NCBI GenBank assembly: GCA_039208735.1
Contig: JBCCQY010000002.1
Coordinates: 96,001-160,000, forward strand
Direction: 5' to 3'
Origin: Myxococcota bacterium
GTDB taxonomy: Bacteria > Myxococcota_A > UBA796 > GCA-2862545
Length of the DNA stretch: 64,000 bases
Below, in pieces: positions 1 to 9,920 of the stretch (position 1 is its first letter; each line of letters starts with the position of its first letter). The notes below the pieces were generated by a model. That model was given only the letters and a program-made list of their open reading frames with translations. It was not told the origin of the DNA and ran no database searches. The position numbers and the translations under genes were made by a program.

Positions 1-751
1 CCAACGCGTAGGAGAGCCAAACCGACGCGGGATCCGCCATGCCGCGATCTTGAGCGGTGACGGTGGCAAATGCCATGAAGATGGCCACGAGCGTCGAAAA
101 CACGAGGGTCGCCCACCACACCGGCAGCAAGGCCCGCCGTCGCAGGGCGACGAAAACGGCAGAACGGTGCTGCGACGCCGGTTGCGGGGCAACGCGAGGA
201 AGCCACCACAGCAGCAAGCCTGAAGACGCTACAAGCCCGCTCATCACGACGAAGAACCAGCGTAGTCCCGCTCCCGAGATGCCAAGCGCATCCGCGACGG
301 GATTCACGGTGAGGGTGACGAGGCCTGCAATGCCAAACAGCGCCAAGCCTTCGGTACGGCGGGCGGGCGGCAGTAGATCGGCGGCCATCGTGAAGTACCC
401 CGTGAACAGGGAGCCCGTTCCAATGCCCACCGCCGCGTGGACGAGGTAGACGAGCGGCCCGATCGCGTCGACAAACCCGATCAAGCCAAGCCCGGTGGCG
501 AGAAACGCGGTGCCCACGAACAGGGTCGAGATCCGTCCCAGCCTATCGAGAGCCCAGCCCACGAGCGGACGCACCAGCAACCCACCGATGGCCGAGGTTG
601 CCAGCACCAGTCCCACCTCGGTCCGCGAGGCGCCCAAATGGTCCAGGTACAGCGGCATGAGCAGCAGCGACGCAAACCCCAAGGACTGCAACGCATGGGC
701 TACCATGAGCACGAGGAACGGCCGCGTAAGGAGCCGAGGCTCAGGGCTCAT
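1..751 (-). CDS. MFS transporter (C-terminus runs off the window)
   Basis: Hand translation MSPEPRLLTRPFLVLMVAHALQSLGFASLLLMPLYL...; MFS motif A-like GWALDRLGR; many TM helices; ATG (749-751) overlaps the upstream stop (ATGA). Confidence 0.85.
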   Translation of the reverse strand, partial: MSPEPRLLTRPFLVLMVAHALQSLGFASLLLMPLYLDHLGASRTEVGLVLATSAIGGLLVRPLVGWALDRLGRISTLFVGTAFLATGLGLIGFVDAIGPLVYLVHAAVGIGTGSLFTGYFTMAADLLPPARRTEGLALFGIAGLVTLTVNPVADALGISGAGLRWFFVVMSGLVASSGLLLWWLPRVAPQPASQHRSAVFVALRRRALLPVWWATLVFSTLVAIFMAFATVTAQDRGMADPASVWLSYAL

Positions 752-1500
752 GCAGCTCCTCGAGCCGAAGCGACGATCGCCAGCAAACGGGCCGCCTCTG
801 CGAGGTCGGCCAAGGCGTCGCGTCGAGCCACCAATGTGGGGGCATCCGCAGCCAGATCCACCCACGTCGCGCACCGGTGTCGGAGCCGAGCCCCCTTCGG
901 GTGGTCAGGCGCGGAAACGTCTTCGAACACCTTGCGGATCGGTCCGTCTTGGGCCACCGCAACCCGGAACACGTCGAGCGGGGGTCCGTTCGGCAGCGGT
1001 CGAGGCGGGACCGGTTCGGGCACCAGCGGCACGGATGGTGGCAAGGCCGCCTCCGCAACGATGAAGGCGTCGACCCACGCCTGCCGGGTCGGCTCGGGAA
1101 TGTGCGCATCCAACAGGGGCACCAACGAGGTCTGTTCACGGAGATCGTGGTGTTCGAGCACCCCAGTGAGCCGGCACAGCGCCTCTTGCTCGGCGAGGAT
1201 GCCGGCAATGCTGGTGGCCACCTTGCTCTCTTCAAGGACCGTGATCCACGACCGCAGTTTGTCGTGGTCGGCCTGCAGCACACGGGCGGTGGCGTTGGGA
1301 GGGAACGTCACCGGAAGGGCCGCATAGGCAGGGAGAAGAACCGCTTCTTCGTGGGCCAGGTGCAGTTCAAGAGGCGCCCGGAACTGGGCAAGCGCAGTGC
1401 GCCGACGCTCCTCATCGCCCTCGGGCCAAATCCTGCGCAGCGTTCGCAGGGCCTTCGCCAGCGCATCATGCGCCTGCATCCATGTCGCGATCACCGCCAT
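748..1500 (-). CDS. Hemerythrin/HHE cation-binding domain protein
   Basis: Motifs AHDAL, HLAHEEAVLLP, DHDKL, HHDLREQ; start at 1500 or 1512 (the upstream part of the ORF is the antisense shadow of the next gene). Confidence 0.7.
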   Translation of the reverse strand: MAVIATWMQAHDALAKALRTLRRIWPEGDEERRRTALAQFRAPLELHLAHEEAVLLPAYAALPVTFPPNATARVLQADHDKLRSWITVLEESKVATSIAGILAEQEALCRLTGVLEHHDLREQTSLVPLLDAHIPEPTRQAWVDAFIVAEAALPPSVPLVPEPVPPRPLPNGPPLDVFRVAVAQDGPIRKVFEDVSAPDHPKGARLRHRCATWVDLAADAPTLVARRDALADLAEAARLLAIVASARGAA

Positions 1501-1557
1501 CGCGGGAGCCATAACGCCGCAGCCGGTACGCTTGGGGTTCGATTCCCCGGAGGATCC

Positions 1558-2757
1558 GTGCTTCGATTCACCTACGACGTTGTTTGCCCATTTGCCTACC
1601 TTGCTTCCACCCGAATCGAGGCCATTGCCGCCGAGGCCGGTCGTTCGATCACGTGGGACCCCATCCTGTTGGGTGGCGTGTTGCGGGCCCTCGATCGCCC
1701 AGACGTGCCCATGAATGCCATGCCGGCTGCGAAAGCCCGCCTCAAGGCACTCGACATCGTGCGACAAGCTTCGATGCTGGACGTACCCTTGCACGTGCCC
1801 GCCGAACATCCTCGCCGTACGGTGGCCCCCATGCGCTGTTTGGTCGCGGCCGCCGCCGACCAAGTGCCAGGGCTCACGCATGCGCTGTACCGGGCCTACT
1901 GGGTCGATGGGATCGACGTGAGCGACCTCGATGCCCTCACTCCGGTGGTGGCTCCCTTCGGGGTGGACGCGCGGGCTGCGCAGACCGACGAAGCCATCCG
2001 ACAGGGCCTGTTCGACCGAACGGCCGCCGCGGTGGAGCGAGGGGCCTTCGGTGTCCCGACCATCGAGGTAGATGGTGAGCTGTTCTATGGCGTAGACCGG
2101 CTTCGCATGGTGCGGAGGAAGCTCGGTCTCCCCGCCCTCCCCCCGAATGAGCCCTCGACCCCTCCCGGCGGAACCATCGAGTTCTTCCATGACTTCTCGA
2201 GCCCGTTCAGCTACCTCGGGGCGACCCAGGTGGAGGCGTTTGCGGACCGCCATGGGGCGAAGGTGGTGTACACCCCGTTTCTACTGGGGGGCCTGTTCAA
2301 AGCCATCGGCACCCCGATGGTGCCGCTGCACGCTCAATCCGCCTCCCAGCAACGCTACGCGGGCAAGGACATGGGCGATTGGTCGTCGTACTGGGGCGTT
2401 AACTTCAAGTTCCCCAGCAACTTTCCCCTCCGCACCATCGCCCCCCTGCGCGCGGCCATCGTAGAGCCACGCGCCACGGGCGCGATCTACCGAGCCGCCT
2501 GGGTCGACGATCGAAACATTGGCGATACCGAAGTACTCACCGCGGTGCTGAACGACGCAGGCTTCGACGGGGCCGCCATTGTCGCGCAAACCCAGGACCC
2601 GGCCATCAAGAAGCAACTGATTGCCAATTCGGAGCGCGCTCAGCAGGTGGGCGTCTGCGGGGCCCCAACCTTCAAGGTCGGTGATCAGCTGTTTTGGGGC
2701 CAAGATCGGTTCGACATGGTGTCCCGGGCGCTCACCGGCTGGGCGGTCCATGCGTGA
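1558..2757 (+). CDS. Tandem two-domain 2-hydroxychromene-2-carboxylate isomerase / kappa-GST (DsbA family) protein
   Basis: GGAGG RBS then GTG at 1558; domain 1 YDVVCPFAY...GAFGVPT..FYGVDR, domain 2 HDFSSPFSY...GVCGAPT..FWGQDR. Confidence 0.85.
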   Translation: MLRFTYDVVCPFAYLASTRIEAIAAEAGRSITWDPILLGGVLRALDRPDVPMNAMPAAKARLKALDIVRQASMLDVPLHVPAEHPRRTVAPMRCLVAAAADQVPGLTHALYRAYWVDGIDVSDLDALTPVVAPFGVDARAAQTDEAIRQGLFDRTAAAVERGAFGVPTIEVDGELFYGVDRLRMVRRKLGLPALPPNEPSTPPGGTIEFFHDFSSPFSYLGATQVEAFADRHGAKVVYTPFLLGGLFKAIGTPMVPLHAQSASQQRYAGKDMGDWSSYWGVNFKFPSNFPLRTIAPLRAAIVEPRATGAIYRAAWVDDRNIGDTEVLTAVLNDAGFDGAAIVAQTQDPAIKKQLIANSERAQQVGVCGAPTFKVGDQLFWGQDRFDMVSRALTGWAVHA

Positions 2758-2867
2758 GGACCAGGATGTGAATCACAGCGCCTTGCAGCATTCGCAAAGC
2801 GAGTCCGTGGTCGGTTAATGTCGAGGAGGTCCGTTTCTTCCATCGTTGCTGTTTGTTTTGGACGCCG

Positions 2868-4367
2868 ATGCAACTCCTGCTCGTCGAGGACGCTCCAGAC
2901 GACCGGGTCTTGGCCCACCGCGGGCTTCAGGGCCTGGATGCAACCATTCAGGATGCGACGACGCTCAAGCAAGCAAGGACACTCCTCGAGACCGAACGCT
3001 TTGACTGCGTGATCCTAGACTGGAGCTTGGAAGGCAACGATGCCATCGAGCTCCTCGAGTCGATTCGAAGAGACCACCCGGACCTTCCGGTGGTGGTGAT
3101 GGCGGCGACCAACGATGCGGGACTCGCCGAGCAGGTACTCCAAGCCGGAGCCCAAGACATCTTGGTCAAGGATCCGGGTCGGTTCGACTTGAGCCGTGCA
3201 GTGCGATTCGCGATCGAGCGCCAACATGCCACGGCCATGCAAGCCCGGCTGGCCCATGCCGATCGCCTCGTGTCGGTCGGGCGGCTCGCCGCAGGTATCG
3301 CCCACGAGGTGAACAACCCCGCCACCGTGGTGATGTCGAACCTGTCGATGCTGCAGGAGCTCATCGAGCAACCCACCAATCCTGCGCTTGCCGCGGAGTT
3401 GGTCTCCGAGTGTCGAACCTCGATCCTCCGCATCGGCACCATGATGACCCAGCTCGTCGCCTTCTCCCGGCGCCGAGGTGGGGGGGTGGTCGAACTCGCG
3501 ATGCATGAACTGGTCGAAGAGGGCGTTCGCCTTGCTCGACCGTCGATGCGTCACCGCGCCACGTTGAGAATCGAACCCGCGCTGGTGCCTCCCATCGTCG
3601 TCGACCGGGTGGCTATGGTCGGTGTCATCGTCAACCTCCTGGTCAACGCCCAACAGGCGATCGATGCGGCCGTTCCCGGACCTCACGAAGTCCTCGTCCG
3701 GCTTTCAGCCACAGACGACCACATCGAACTCGTCGTTGAAGATTCGGGAATTGGCGTGGCCGTGAGCGAACGTGAACGCATCTTCGAAGCGTTTGTGACG
3801 CGGCGCGAGCACGGACTGGGCTTGGGTCTTGCGATCTGCCGAGAGGTCGTGCGCAGCCATGGCGGAACGATCCGTGTCGAGGATTCGAGCCTGGGAGGGG
3901 CCGCGTTCATCGTCACGCTCCCCCACCACACGGGCTTGACCCCGACCGCCACCCCGGACCTGCCCGATTGGACCAAGCCGCTCGACGTGTTGGTCATCGA
4001 CGATGAGCCGAGCGTGCGCCGAGCCATCTCCCGGCTGCTGCGTGAGCATCGGGTCATCGAGGCCCACAGCGTGGCCGAAGCACGGCGTCACCTCGAAGAG
4101 GGCAACGTTCCAGACGTGATTGTCTGCGACTTGATGCTGGACGGCGAACTCGGCTCCGTGTTGTACGAGTCGCTACGCGAAGTCGACCCCGATCTCGCCA
4201 ATCGCATCCTGTTTGTGACAGGGGGGGCTGTGACCCCTGACGCTGGCGCCTTCTTGCGCAAGATCGAGCCCCCGTTGCTCACCAAACCATTCAACGCAAC
4301 CGAGCTTCGCGTGGGCATCCAACAGCTGCTGACGCGGGCGGTGACCCAGAGCGCGCTGCCCCCCTGA
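2868..4367 (+). CDS. Cytoplasmic hybrid histidine kinase (REC-HisKA-HATPase-REC)
   Basis: LLLVED/ILDWSL receiver, AHEVNNP H-box, NLLVNA, DSGIG, GLGLGL, C-terminal VIDDE...CDLML...KPF receiver. Confidence 0.9.
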   Translation: MQLLLVEDAPDDRVLAHRGLQGLDATIQDATTLKQARTLLETERFDCVILDWSLEGNDAIELLESIRRDHPDLPVVVMAATNDAGLAEQVLQAGAQDILVKDPGRFDLSRAVRFAIERQHATAMQARLAHADRLVSVGRLAAGIAHEVNNPATVVMSNLSMLQELIEQPTNPALAAELVSECRTSILRIGTMMTQLVAFSRRRGGGVVELAMHELVEEGVRLARPSMRHRATLRIEPALVPPIVVDRVAMVGVIVNLLVNAQQAIDAAVPGPHEVLVRLSATDDHIELVVEDSGIGVAVSERERIFEAFVTRREHGLGLGLAICREVVRSHGGTIRVEDSSLGGAAFIVTLPHHTGLTPTATPDLPDWTKPLDVLVIDDEPSVRRAISRLLREHRVIEAHSVAEARRHLEEGNVPDVIVCDLMLDGELGSVLYESLREVDPDLANRILFVTGGAVTPDAGAFLRKIEPPLLTKPFNATELRVGIQQLLTRAVTQSALPP

Positions 4368-4415
4368 CGGCCTCCCTGCACCATGAGCTTGGTACAGGCC
4401 GTCAGGGAGGCAGCT

Positions 4416-5261
4416 GTGCCGAACCGAGAGTCGATGTTGAAGTCGGCGCCCACCCCTGTCCTCGAACTCTCCGAACTCATCGGGACGTTCGTACACCCCG
4501 GGGACACCGTGGCGCTCGAAGGGTTCACCCACCTCATCCCCATGGCCGCCGGACATGAGATCCTTCGTCAGCGAATCGGCGACCTCACGCTCATCCGCAT
4601 GACCCCGGACCTGCTTTACGATCAGCTGATCGGAGCTGGGTTGGTGAAGAAACTGGTGTTCTCGTGGGGCGGAAATCCCGGCGTGGGATCCCTGCATCGG
4701 TTCCGTGATGCGGTTCAACAAGGCTTCCCTCGGCCTCTCGACATCGAGGAGCACAGTCACGCCGCGATGGCCGCAGCTTGGGATGCCGGGGCCGCGAACC
4801 TTCCGTTCGCCGTGCTTCGAGGGTACATCGGCTCGGATCAGCCGGTTCACACCGCAACGATTCGCACGATCGAATGCCCTTTTACCGCGGAACAACTCAC
4901 GGCCGTGCCCGCACACCGGCCCGACGTGGGCATCGTTCACGCTCAGCGTGCGGACCGTCGGGGCAACGTACTCCTCGAAGGGATCATCGGGGTCCAAAAG
5001 CAGGTGGTACTGGCCAGTCGCTACGCGCTGGTGACGGTCGAGGAGATCGTCGATGATCTCGGTGAATTGCATCCCAACGCCACCGTCCTGCCTTCGTTCG
5101 TCGTGAGCGCCCTGGCCGTCTGTCCGGGAGGCGCCGCGCCATCGTACGCCTACGGCTACTACGACCGCGACAACGCCGCCTACCTCGCCTGGGATGCGAT
5201 TTCCCGCGACCGCGAGGCCTTTGCCCGCTGGCTCACCGACGTCCAAGGAGCTGCCTCATGA
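4416..5261 (+). CDS. 3-oxoadipate/glutaconate CoA-transferase subunit A (CatI/GctA type)
   Basis: GDTVALEGFTHLIP, FSWGGNPGVGSLHR, HAQRADRRGN; GGAGG before GTG at 4416. Confidence 0.85.
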   Translation: MPNRESMLKSAPTPVLELSELIGTFVHPGDTVALEGFTHLIPMAAGHEILRQRIGDLTLIRMTPDLLYDQLIGAGLVKKLVFSWGGNPGVGSLHRFRDAVQQGFPRPLDIEEHSHAAMAAAWDAGAANLPFAVLRGYIGSDQPVHTATIRTIECPFTAEQLTAVPAHRPDVGIVHAQRADRRGNVLLEGIIGVQKQVVLASRYALVTVEEIVDDLGELHPNATVLPSFVVSALAVCPGGAAPSYAYGYYDRDNAAYLAWDAISRDREAFARWLTDVQGAAS

Positions 5262-6022
5262 GCCCCGCCACGGCCGCCGAACGCATGACCATCGCTGCTG
5301 CCCGAGAGCTGTCGAACCAAGACGTTTGCTTCGTGGGCATCGGGGCCCCTTCCGAAGCCTGCAATCTGGCTCGGCTCACCCACGCGCCCGACATCGTACT
5401 GATTTACGAATCGGGCACCCTCGCTACGCAGCCAGACGTTCTACCGCTTTCCATCGGCGACGGCGAACTGTCCAAGACCGCTTTGACCAATGTCTCGGTC
5501 CCCGAGATGTTTCGGTACTGGCTGCAGGGCGGGCACATCTCGGTCGGGTTCCTTGGCGGGGCTCAGATCGATCGGTTTGCCAACCTCAATTCGACGGTCA
5601 TCGGAGACTACGATGCCCCCAAGGTGCGTCTGCCCGGCGCTGGCGGAGCCCCCGAGATCGCAGCCCACTGTGGGCGCATCCTCGTTGTGATGAAGCATGC
5701 GCGACGCGCGTTCGTGCCCCAGGTCGACTTTGTCACGTCGTTTGGATTCGGCAAAGGTGGACGCGAACGGGAAGAGCGAGGCCTCACCACCAAAGGGATG
5801 CAGCGGGTGATCACCGACCTCTGCATCCTCGAACCCTCATCCGAGGACCGCGAACTCGAGGTTGTCGCCCTGCAGCCAGAGGTGACCCTCGACGATGTTC
5901 GCGCCAACACCGCCTGGGACGTTCGCGTACGCGGCACGCCAACGGTCGCCGCCGAACCGACGGCTGAGGACCTCGAGGTGTTGCGGGACCTGAAGGCCCG
6001 TACAGAAGCGGCCCGCCGCTAG
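5258..6022 (+). CDS. 3-oxoadipate/glutaconate CoA-transferase subunit B (CatJ/GctB type)
   Basis: FVGIGAP, LIYESG (catalytic Glu), GAQIDRFANLNST, RLPGAGGAPEIA; ATGA-coupled to subunit A. Confidence 0.88.
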   Translation: MSPATAAERMTIAAARELSNQDVCFVGIGAPSEACNLARLTHAPDIVLIYESGTLATQPDVLPLSIGDGELSKTALTNVSVPEMFRYWLQGGHISVGFLGGAQIDRFANLNSTVIGDYDAPKVRLPGAGGAPEIAAHCGRILVVMKHARRAFVPQVDFVTSFGFGKGGREREERGLTTKGMQRVITDLCILEPSSEDRELEVVALQPEVTLDDVRANTAWDVRVRGTPTVAAEPTAEDLEVLRDLKARTEAARR

Positions 6023-6037
6023 CCGTCAGTCCGGAGC

Positions 6038-6961
6038 CTACCCCTCCGAAACGGATTGCCCAACCCGGAGGAGGGCTTCACGGGTCGCATCGAGGCGTGG
6101 ATCGAGGGCTCCAAATTCGCGCAGGACCTCGGCGGTCGCCTCGACCTCAGCGACCAGCGCCGAACAGAGACGCGGCACCCCATGGTGATCGGCCGCGGTG
6201 TGCCACAACGACTCCAGCACCTTGACCCGTGAACCAAATCCCGAGGGTAGATCCGCTACCCGTGCCGCACGACCCATTCCGTGCAGCGAAAGAAACATTC
6301 CCGAGTATATAGGGCGCACCAAATGATTCACGATCCGACGCAGTCCCGTTTCTGGGTCGTCCAGATCGAGCCGAATCACCGGCAAGGGGTCTTGCAATCC
6401 CAGCCCCAACAACCCCCGGTGCGCGAGGGTCAACTCCACCGCCAACGCCGCGATTCGCGCTAACCATGCGCAGGAGGTCTGGGTGGCCAACGCCGCCGCA
6501 AACCCCGGCCACCAGACCCCCGCATGCCGCTCGAGGAACCGCCGTGACAATCCCCGGCACCGCTCGACGACGGCCGCGTGACCGTCCTCGATCGCGTCGG
6601 CCTCGGCCCGAGCGAGGTGGGCCAGATAGGCGAGTTGAAGCCCAATGTGATCGGGCTCAATCGAGGCAACGTCGGGGGCAAATCCGCCCTCCCGGTACGC
6701 GGCGTGCACCTCGGCGGCGACGGCCCCTCCAAGCAAGCCGTCCTCGGCCCGAAAAGTGCTTTCGTAGGGAAACACCTGACGGCCAAGGGCCTCTTGATGA
6801 GCCGCTGCGGCCAAGTCCGCTTCGAAGGGACGGGGCAGGACGTCTGCAATCGCAGGCAACTGCTGCAACGTCTCCACCGTGGCCTCGGACAGCCCTTCGG
6901 TCAGAACCAGGCCAAACAACGCGTAGGCCCGGTGGCGAGCCTCAGCGCTTTCACTTCGCAT
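6038..6961 (-). CDS. TorD/DmsD-family molybdoenzyme chaperone with C-terminal extension
   Basis: FPYES and EPDHIGLQLAYLA motifs; directly downstream of the Mo-enzyme. Confidence 0.8.
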   Translation of the reverse strand: MRSESAEARHRAYALFGLVLTEGLSEATVETLQQLPAIADVLPRPFEADLAAAAHQEALGRQVFPYESTFRAEDGLLGGAVAAEVHAAYREGGFAPDVASIEPDHIGLQLAYLAHLARAEADAIEDGHAAVVERCRGLSRRFLERHAGVWWPGFAAALATQTSCAWLARIAALAVELTLAHRGLLGLGLQDPLPVIRLDLDDPETGLRRIVNHLVRPIYSGMFLSLHGMGRAARVADLPSGFGSRVKVLESLWHTAADHHGVPRLCSALVAEVEATAEVLREFGALDPRLDATREALLRVGQSVSEG

Positions 6962-9911
6962 CCTGAGGCACCTTGGGTAGCAGGTAGGCCGTGATGGTGG
7001 GCTTTAGCGGACGCTTGAGCCACCTCGGTCGTCGGGTTCCATCCGGACTGTGGCTCATCGCCGACTTGGTGAGCGCCTTCCAGGCCTCGTAGACCTCCAT
7101 CGACTTGGTGGTGTCGACGTGGACATGCCCGTACCGGTCGTTCGCTCCGGCGCGGGTCACCGAAACGGCTCGCTGAAGCCAACAATGCGCGCCAGATACG
7201 GGGTCCGGATGCACCCCGTGGGTGAGGTTTTGGTGGACCCCTACGTGTTGCCACCACACCCGCGCCGTATCGGGATCGGCACTTTCGTAAGCCGCTGCGC
7301 CGTGCTCGACGCTCAAGTCGTAGGTGGTGCCTTGCTGGTCGATGCTGGCTAACGAGCTGCCAAAGCGGTTGACGCCCTCGGTTTCCGACAACCGCCAGCG
7401 ACCGAGGTGATGGCTGATGGCCACGATGCCCGGCCGAATGCCCTCGGTGACCCAAGCCCGGTCTACGAACCAGCCGATTTCGGTTTCGATACGCACCAAG
7501 TCCCCCGTCTCCACGCCCAACCGGGCCGCGTCTTCAGGGTGGAGCCACGCCGGATTGTCGTGACTGATTTCGTACAGCCACTTTGCGTTCGCCGAACGGG
7601 TGTGAATCAAGGTCGGCAGCCGAAAGTTGGGAAGCAGAACCATCTCCCCCCGATCGCGCGCAATCGCATCGGGATGCACGTGGCTCTTCAGCGGCCAGGG
7701 CACCACGTGGTCTTGGGTGTCCCAACCCCACGCCATCAAGGTCTCCGAGAGCAGCTCGAGTTTGCGTGAAGGCGTATTGAAACCTTGCCGCGCAACCCCG
7801 TCCACCACCACGCCCACGACCTTGTCCTGGGCACGCACTCGCCCGTCGTCACCGACCTCCCCGTCCACTTCGGCCTCATAGGGCACGTAGCGGTCGCGAC
7901 TCACTTCAAAAGCGCCGTATTTCCGCATGTACTGCAAAGGGGTGAGGCCCTCCTGGTCCGCCGCTTCGGGAAGGCCCGGTACGCTGTGTTCAAAGATGAA
8001 GCCCCAATACTCGTCTTGTGAGATGGGCTCGCCTTTGCGCACCGGACTTTCAAACCACTGGCGCACGCCGAGTGTCCCGTCGGGGTCCATTTTCCACGAC
8101 AGTTCCACCCAAAACTCAGACTCTTCCCAGACTTCACCCGGATTGGCTTCGTAGGTGCGCTCGACCTTCTTACCCAGACGTTCCATCGCGACGCGTCGCA
8201 CCGGTTGACGGAAACCGATCCATTGTCCGGCGTGGGTCTCCTGACTCATCAGGTCATGCCGCTCGGCGGAATGACCCATGGGGAGCACATAGTCAGCAAA
8301 CCATGCCGTTTCATTCCAGGTGGGGGTGAGCGCCACGTGCAACCCGAACAGCTCCTCCTTCTGGAGCGCCTCGAGCCACATGAACCCATCGGGATTGGTC
8401 CACAGTGGATTGTAGACCCGGGTGAAATACACATCGACGGTGCCTCGTCCCTCGGCCATCAGGTGAGGCAGCAGAAAGCTCATCTCAAAGTGGGCAAACG
8501 GCCACTCCAATGGCAGCTGCAGCTCGTTCCAGATGTTGGGCGGAGGCGGCTGGGCAAACGGCTTGGGAACGAACTTGTTCCACGAATTGCCCGACGTTCC
8601 TCCTTTCGTACCGATGCTTCCCGTCAACACGTTGAGGAAAAACAGCGCTCGAACAATCTGCCAGCCACCACGGTTGCCGATCGATGCCGAGCGCCAATTG
8701 TGGGTGGCCAATCGCGATCCCGCTCGAGCCACCGCCTCTGCGGCCTCCTCGATGCGGTCCAAGGGCACCCCGGACACCTCGGCCGCACGCTCAAACGTGA
8801 ACTCGCCGTATAGCGCGATCAGCGCGCGCTCAAAGCCCTCGAAGGTTCCGTCGAGTGCATCGATGACTTCGGGGTCCTCGATGGACAGGGGAGCCAGCCG
8901 ACTGAACCCTTCCCAGTCCACCCATCGCTTCATGAACGCTCGGTCGTGCTGCTTTGTCACCAACACATGACGGGCGATGGCCAGCAGGACCCACGCTTCC
9001 GAGCCCGGCCAGGTCGGCAACCACACATCGGACTTCGACGCGGTATTCGACAGCCGCGGATCGAAGGTGATGAGGGTCGCACCGGCCCGCTTGGCCTCCA
9101 TGATGCGCTGGGCGTGGGGGTTGAAGTAATGGCCCGTCTCGAGGTGACTCGAAATGAGCAAGATCGTTCGAGCATGCGCATAATCAGGACTGGGACGGTC
9201 GAATCCGCCCCAAAGGTAGTAGCCAGTGCGAGAAGATGCCGAACACACGTTGGTGTGGGAATTGTGGCCATCCACGCCCCATGCCTGAATGCAGCGGTTG
9301 GCGTAGTGATCTTCGCCAGGCCGGCCCACGTGGTACATGATGCCATCTCGCCGTTTCTGACGACTTTCACGCATCTTGGCTGAAATATCGTCGAGCGCCT
9401 CCTCCCAGGTCACACGCTTCCACTGTCCGCTGCCGCGAGGCCCCACGCGCTTGAGTGGGTACAGGATGCGCTCGGGGTCGTAGATCTGGTTGTGGGTCGC
9501 TGGCCCTTTGGCACAGTTGCGGCCCCGACTGCCTGGATGAACAGGATTGCCCTCAAACTTCCGAATCTCGAGGGTCGTGCGGTCGACGTAGGCAAGCAAC
9601 CCGCAGCCCGATTCGCAGTTGAAGCAAATGGTCGGTACGATCGTGTAGCGACGAGCCACCCGGTCGGGCCAGGCCTGGCTCTCCCATTCAACCCAGTCAT
9701 CCCACCGTTCGGGAGGCGGGTATTGCGAGAGTCTTCCGTCGGGGTGACGCACCTCGAGCCGTTCGACGGTGGCGTCAGGGGTGGCGTACTCCGGCATGGC
9801 AACGCCACCTACGTTCGTCTCGGACGTAGGACCTGCCGGGCGGCTGCCCTTGGACGGAGGCAATCCCATGAGCCGGGCGAGGGTATCGGCAAGGCGAGTG
9901 GTCATCGACAC
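6951..9911 (-). CDS. Molybdopterin (bis-MGD) oxidoreductase catalytic subunit, DMSO reductase family, no Tat signal
   Basis: CFNCESGC...CAKG 4Fe-4S motif, DPERILYPLKR, HTNVCS (likely Cys ligand), ADYVLP, HTRSAN, LHPEDAARLG; GGAGG RBS. Confidence 0.92.
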   Translation of the reverse strand: MSMTTRLADTLARLMGLPPSKGSRPAGPTSETNVGGVAMPEYATPDATVERLEVRHPDGRLSQYPPPERWDDWVEWESQAWPDRVARRYTIVPTICFNCESGCGLLAYVDRTTLEIRKFEGNPVHPGSRGRNCAKGPATHNQIYDPERILYPLKRVGPRGSGQWKRVTWEEALDDISAKMRESRQKRRDGIMYHVGRPGEDHYANRCIQAWGVDGHNSHTNVCSASSRTGYYLWGGFDRPSPDYAHARTILLISSHLETGHYFNPHAQRIMEAKRAGATLITFDPRLSNTASKSDVWLPTWPGSEAWVLLAIARHVLVTKQHDRAFMKRWVDWEGFSRLAPLSIEDPEVIDALDGTFEGFERALIALYGEFTFERAAEVSGVPLDRIEEAAEAVARAGSRLATHNWRSASIGNRGGWQIVRALFFLNVLTGSIGTKGGTSGNSWNKFVPKPFAQPPPPNIWNELQLPLEWPFAHFEMSFLLPHLMAEGRGTVDVYFTRVYNPLWTNPDGFMWLEALQKEELFGLHVALTPTWNETAWFADYVLPMGHSAERHDLMSQETHAGQWIGFRQPVRRVAMERLGKKVERTYEANPGEVWEESEFWVELSWKMDPDGTLGVRQWFESPVRKGEPISQDEYWGFIFEHSVPGLPEAADQEGLTPLQYMRKYGAFEVSRDRYVPYEAEVDGEVGDDGRVRAQDKVVGVVVDGVARQGFNTPSRKLELLSETLMAWGWDTQDHVVPWPLKSHVHPDAIARDRGEMVLLPNFRLPTLIHTRSANAKWLYEISHDNPAWLHPEDAARLGVETGDLVRIETEIGWFVDRAWVTEGIRPGIVAISHHLGRWRLSETEGVNRFGSSLASIDQQGTTYDLSVEHGAAAYESADPDTARVWWQHVGVHQNLTHGVHPDPVSGAHCWLQRAVSVTRAGANDRYGHVHVDTTKSMEVYEAWKALTKSAMSHSPDGTRRPRWLKRPLKPTITAYLLPKVPQDAK

Positions 9912-9920
9912 GGCAGCCTC

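Noticed and set aside
1533..1549. tRNA T-arm look-alike GGGG-TTCGATT-CCCC
   Set aside because: No convincing acceptor stem, D-arm, anticodon arm or CCA; no integrase nearby; at most a small hairpin beside the RBS
6951..9911. Naming the molybdoenzyme as fdh, psrA, arrA or soeA
   Set aside because: Motifs support the family only; no Tat signal, and the substrate cannot be assigned without phylogeny
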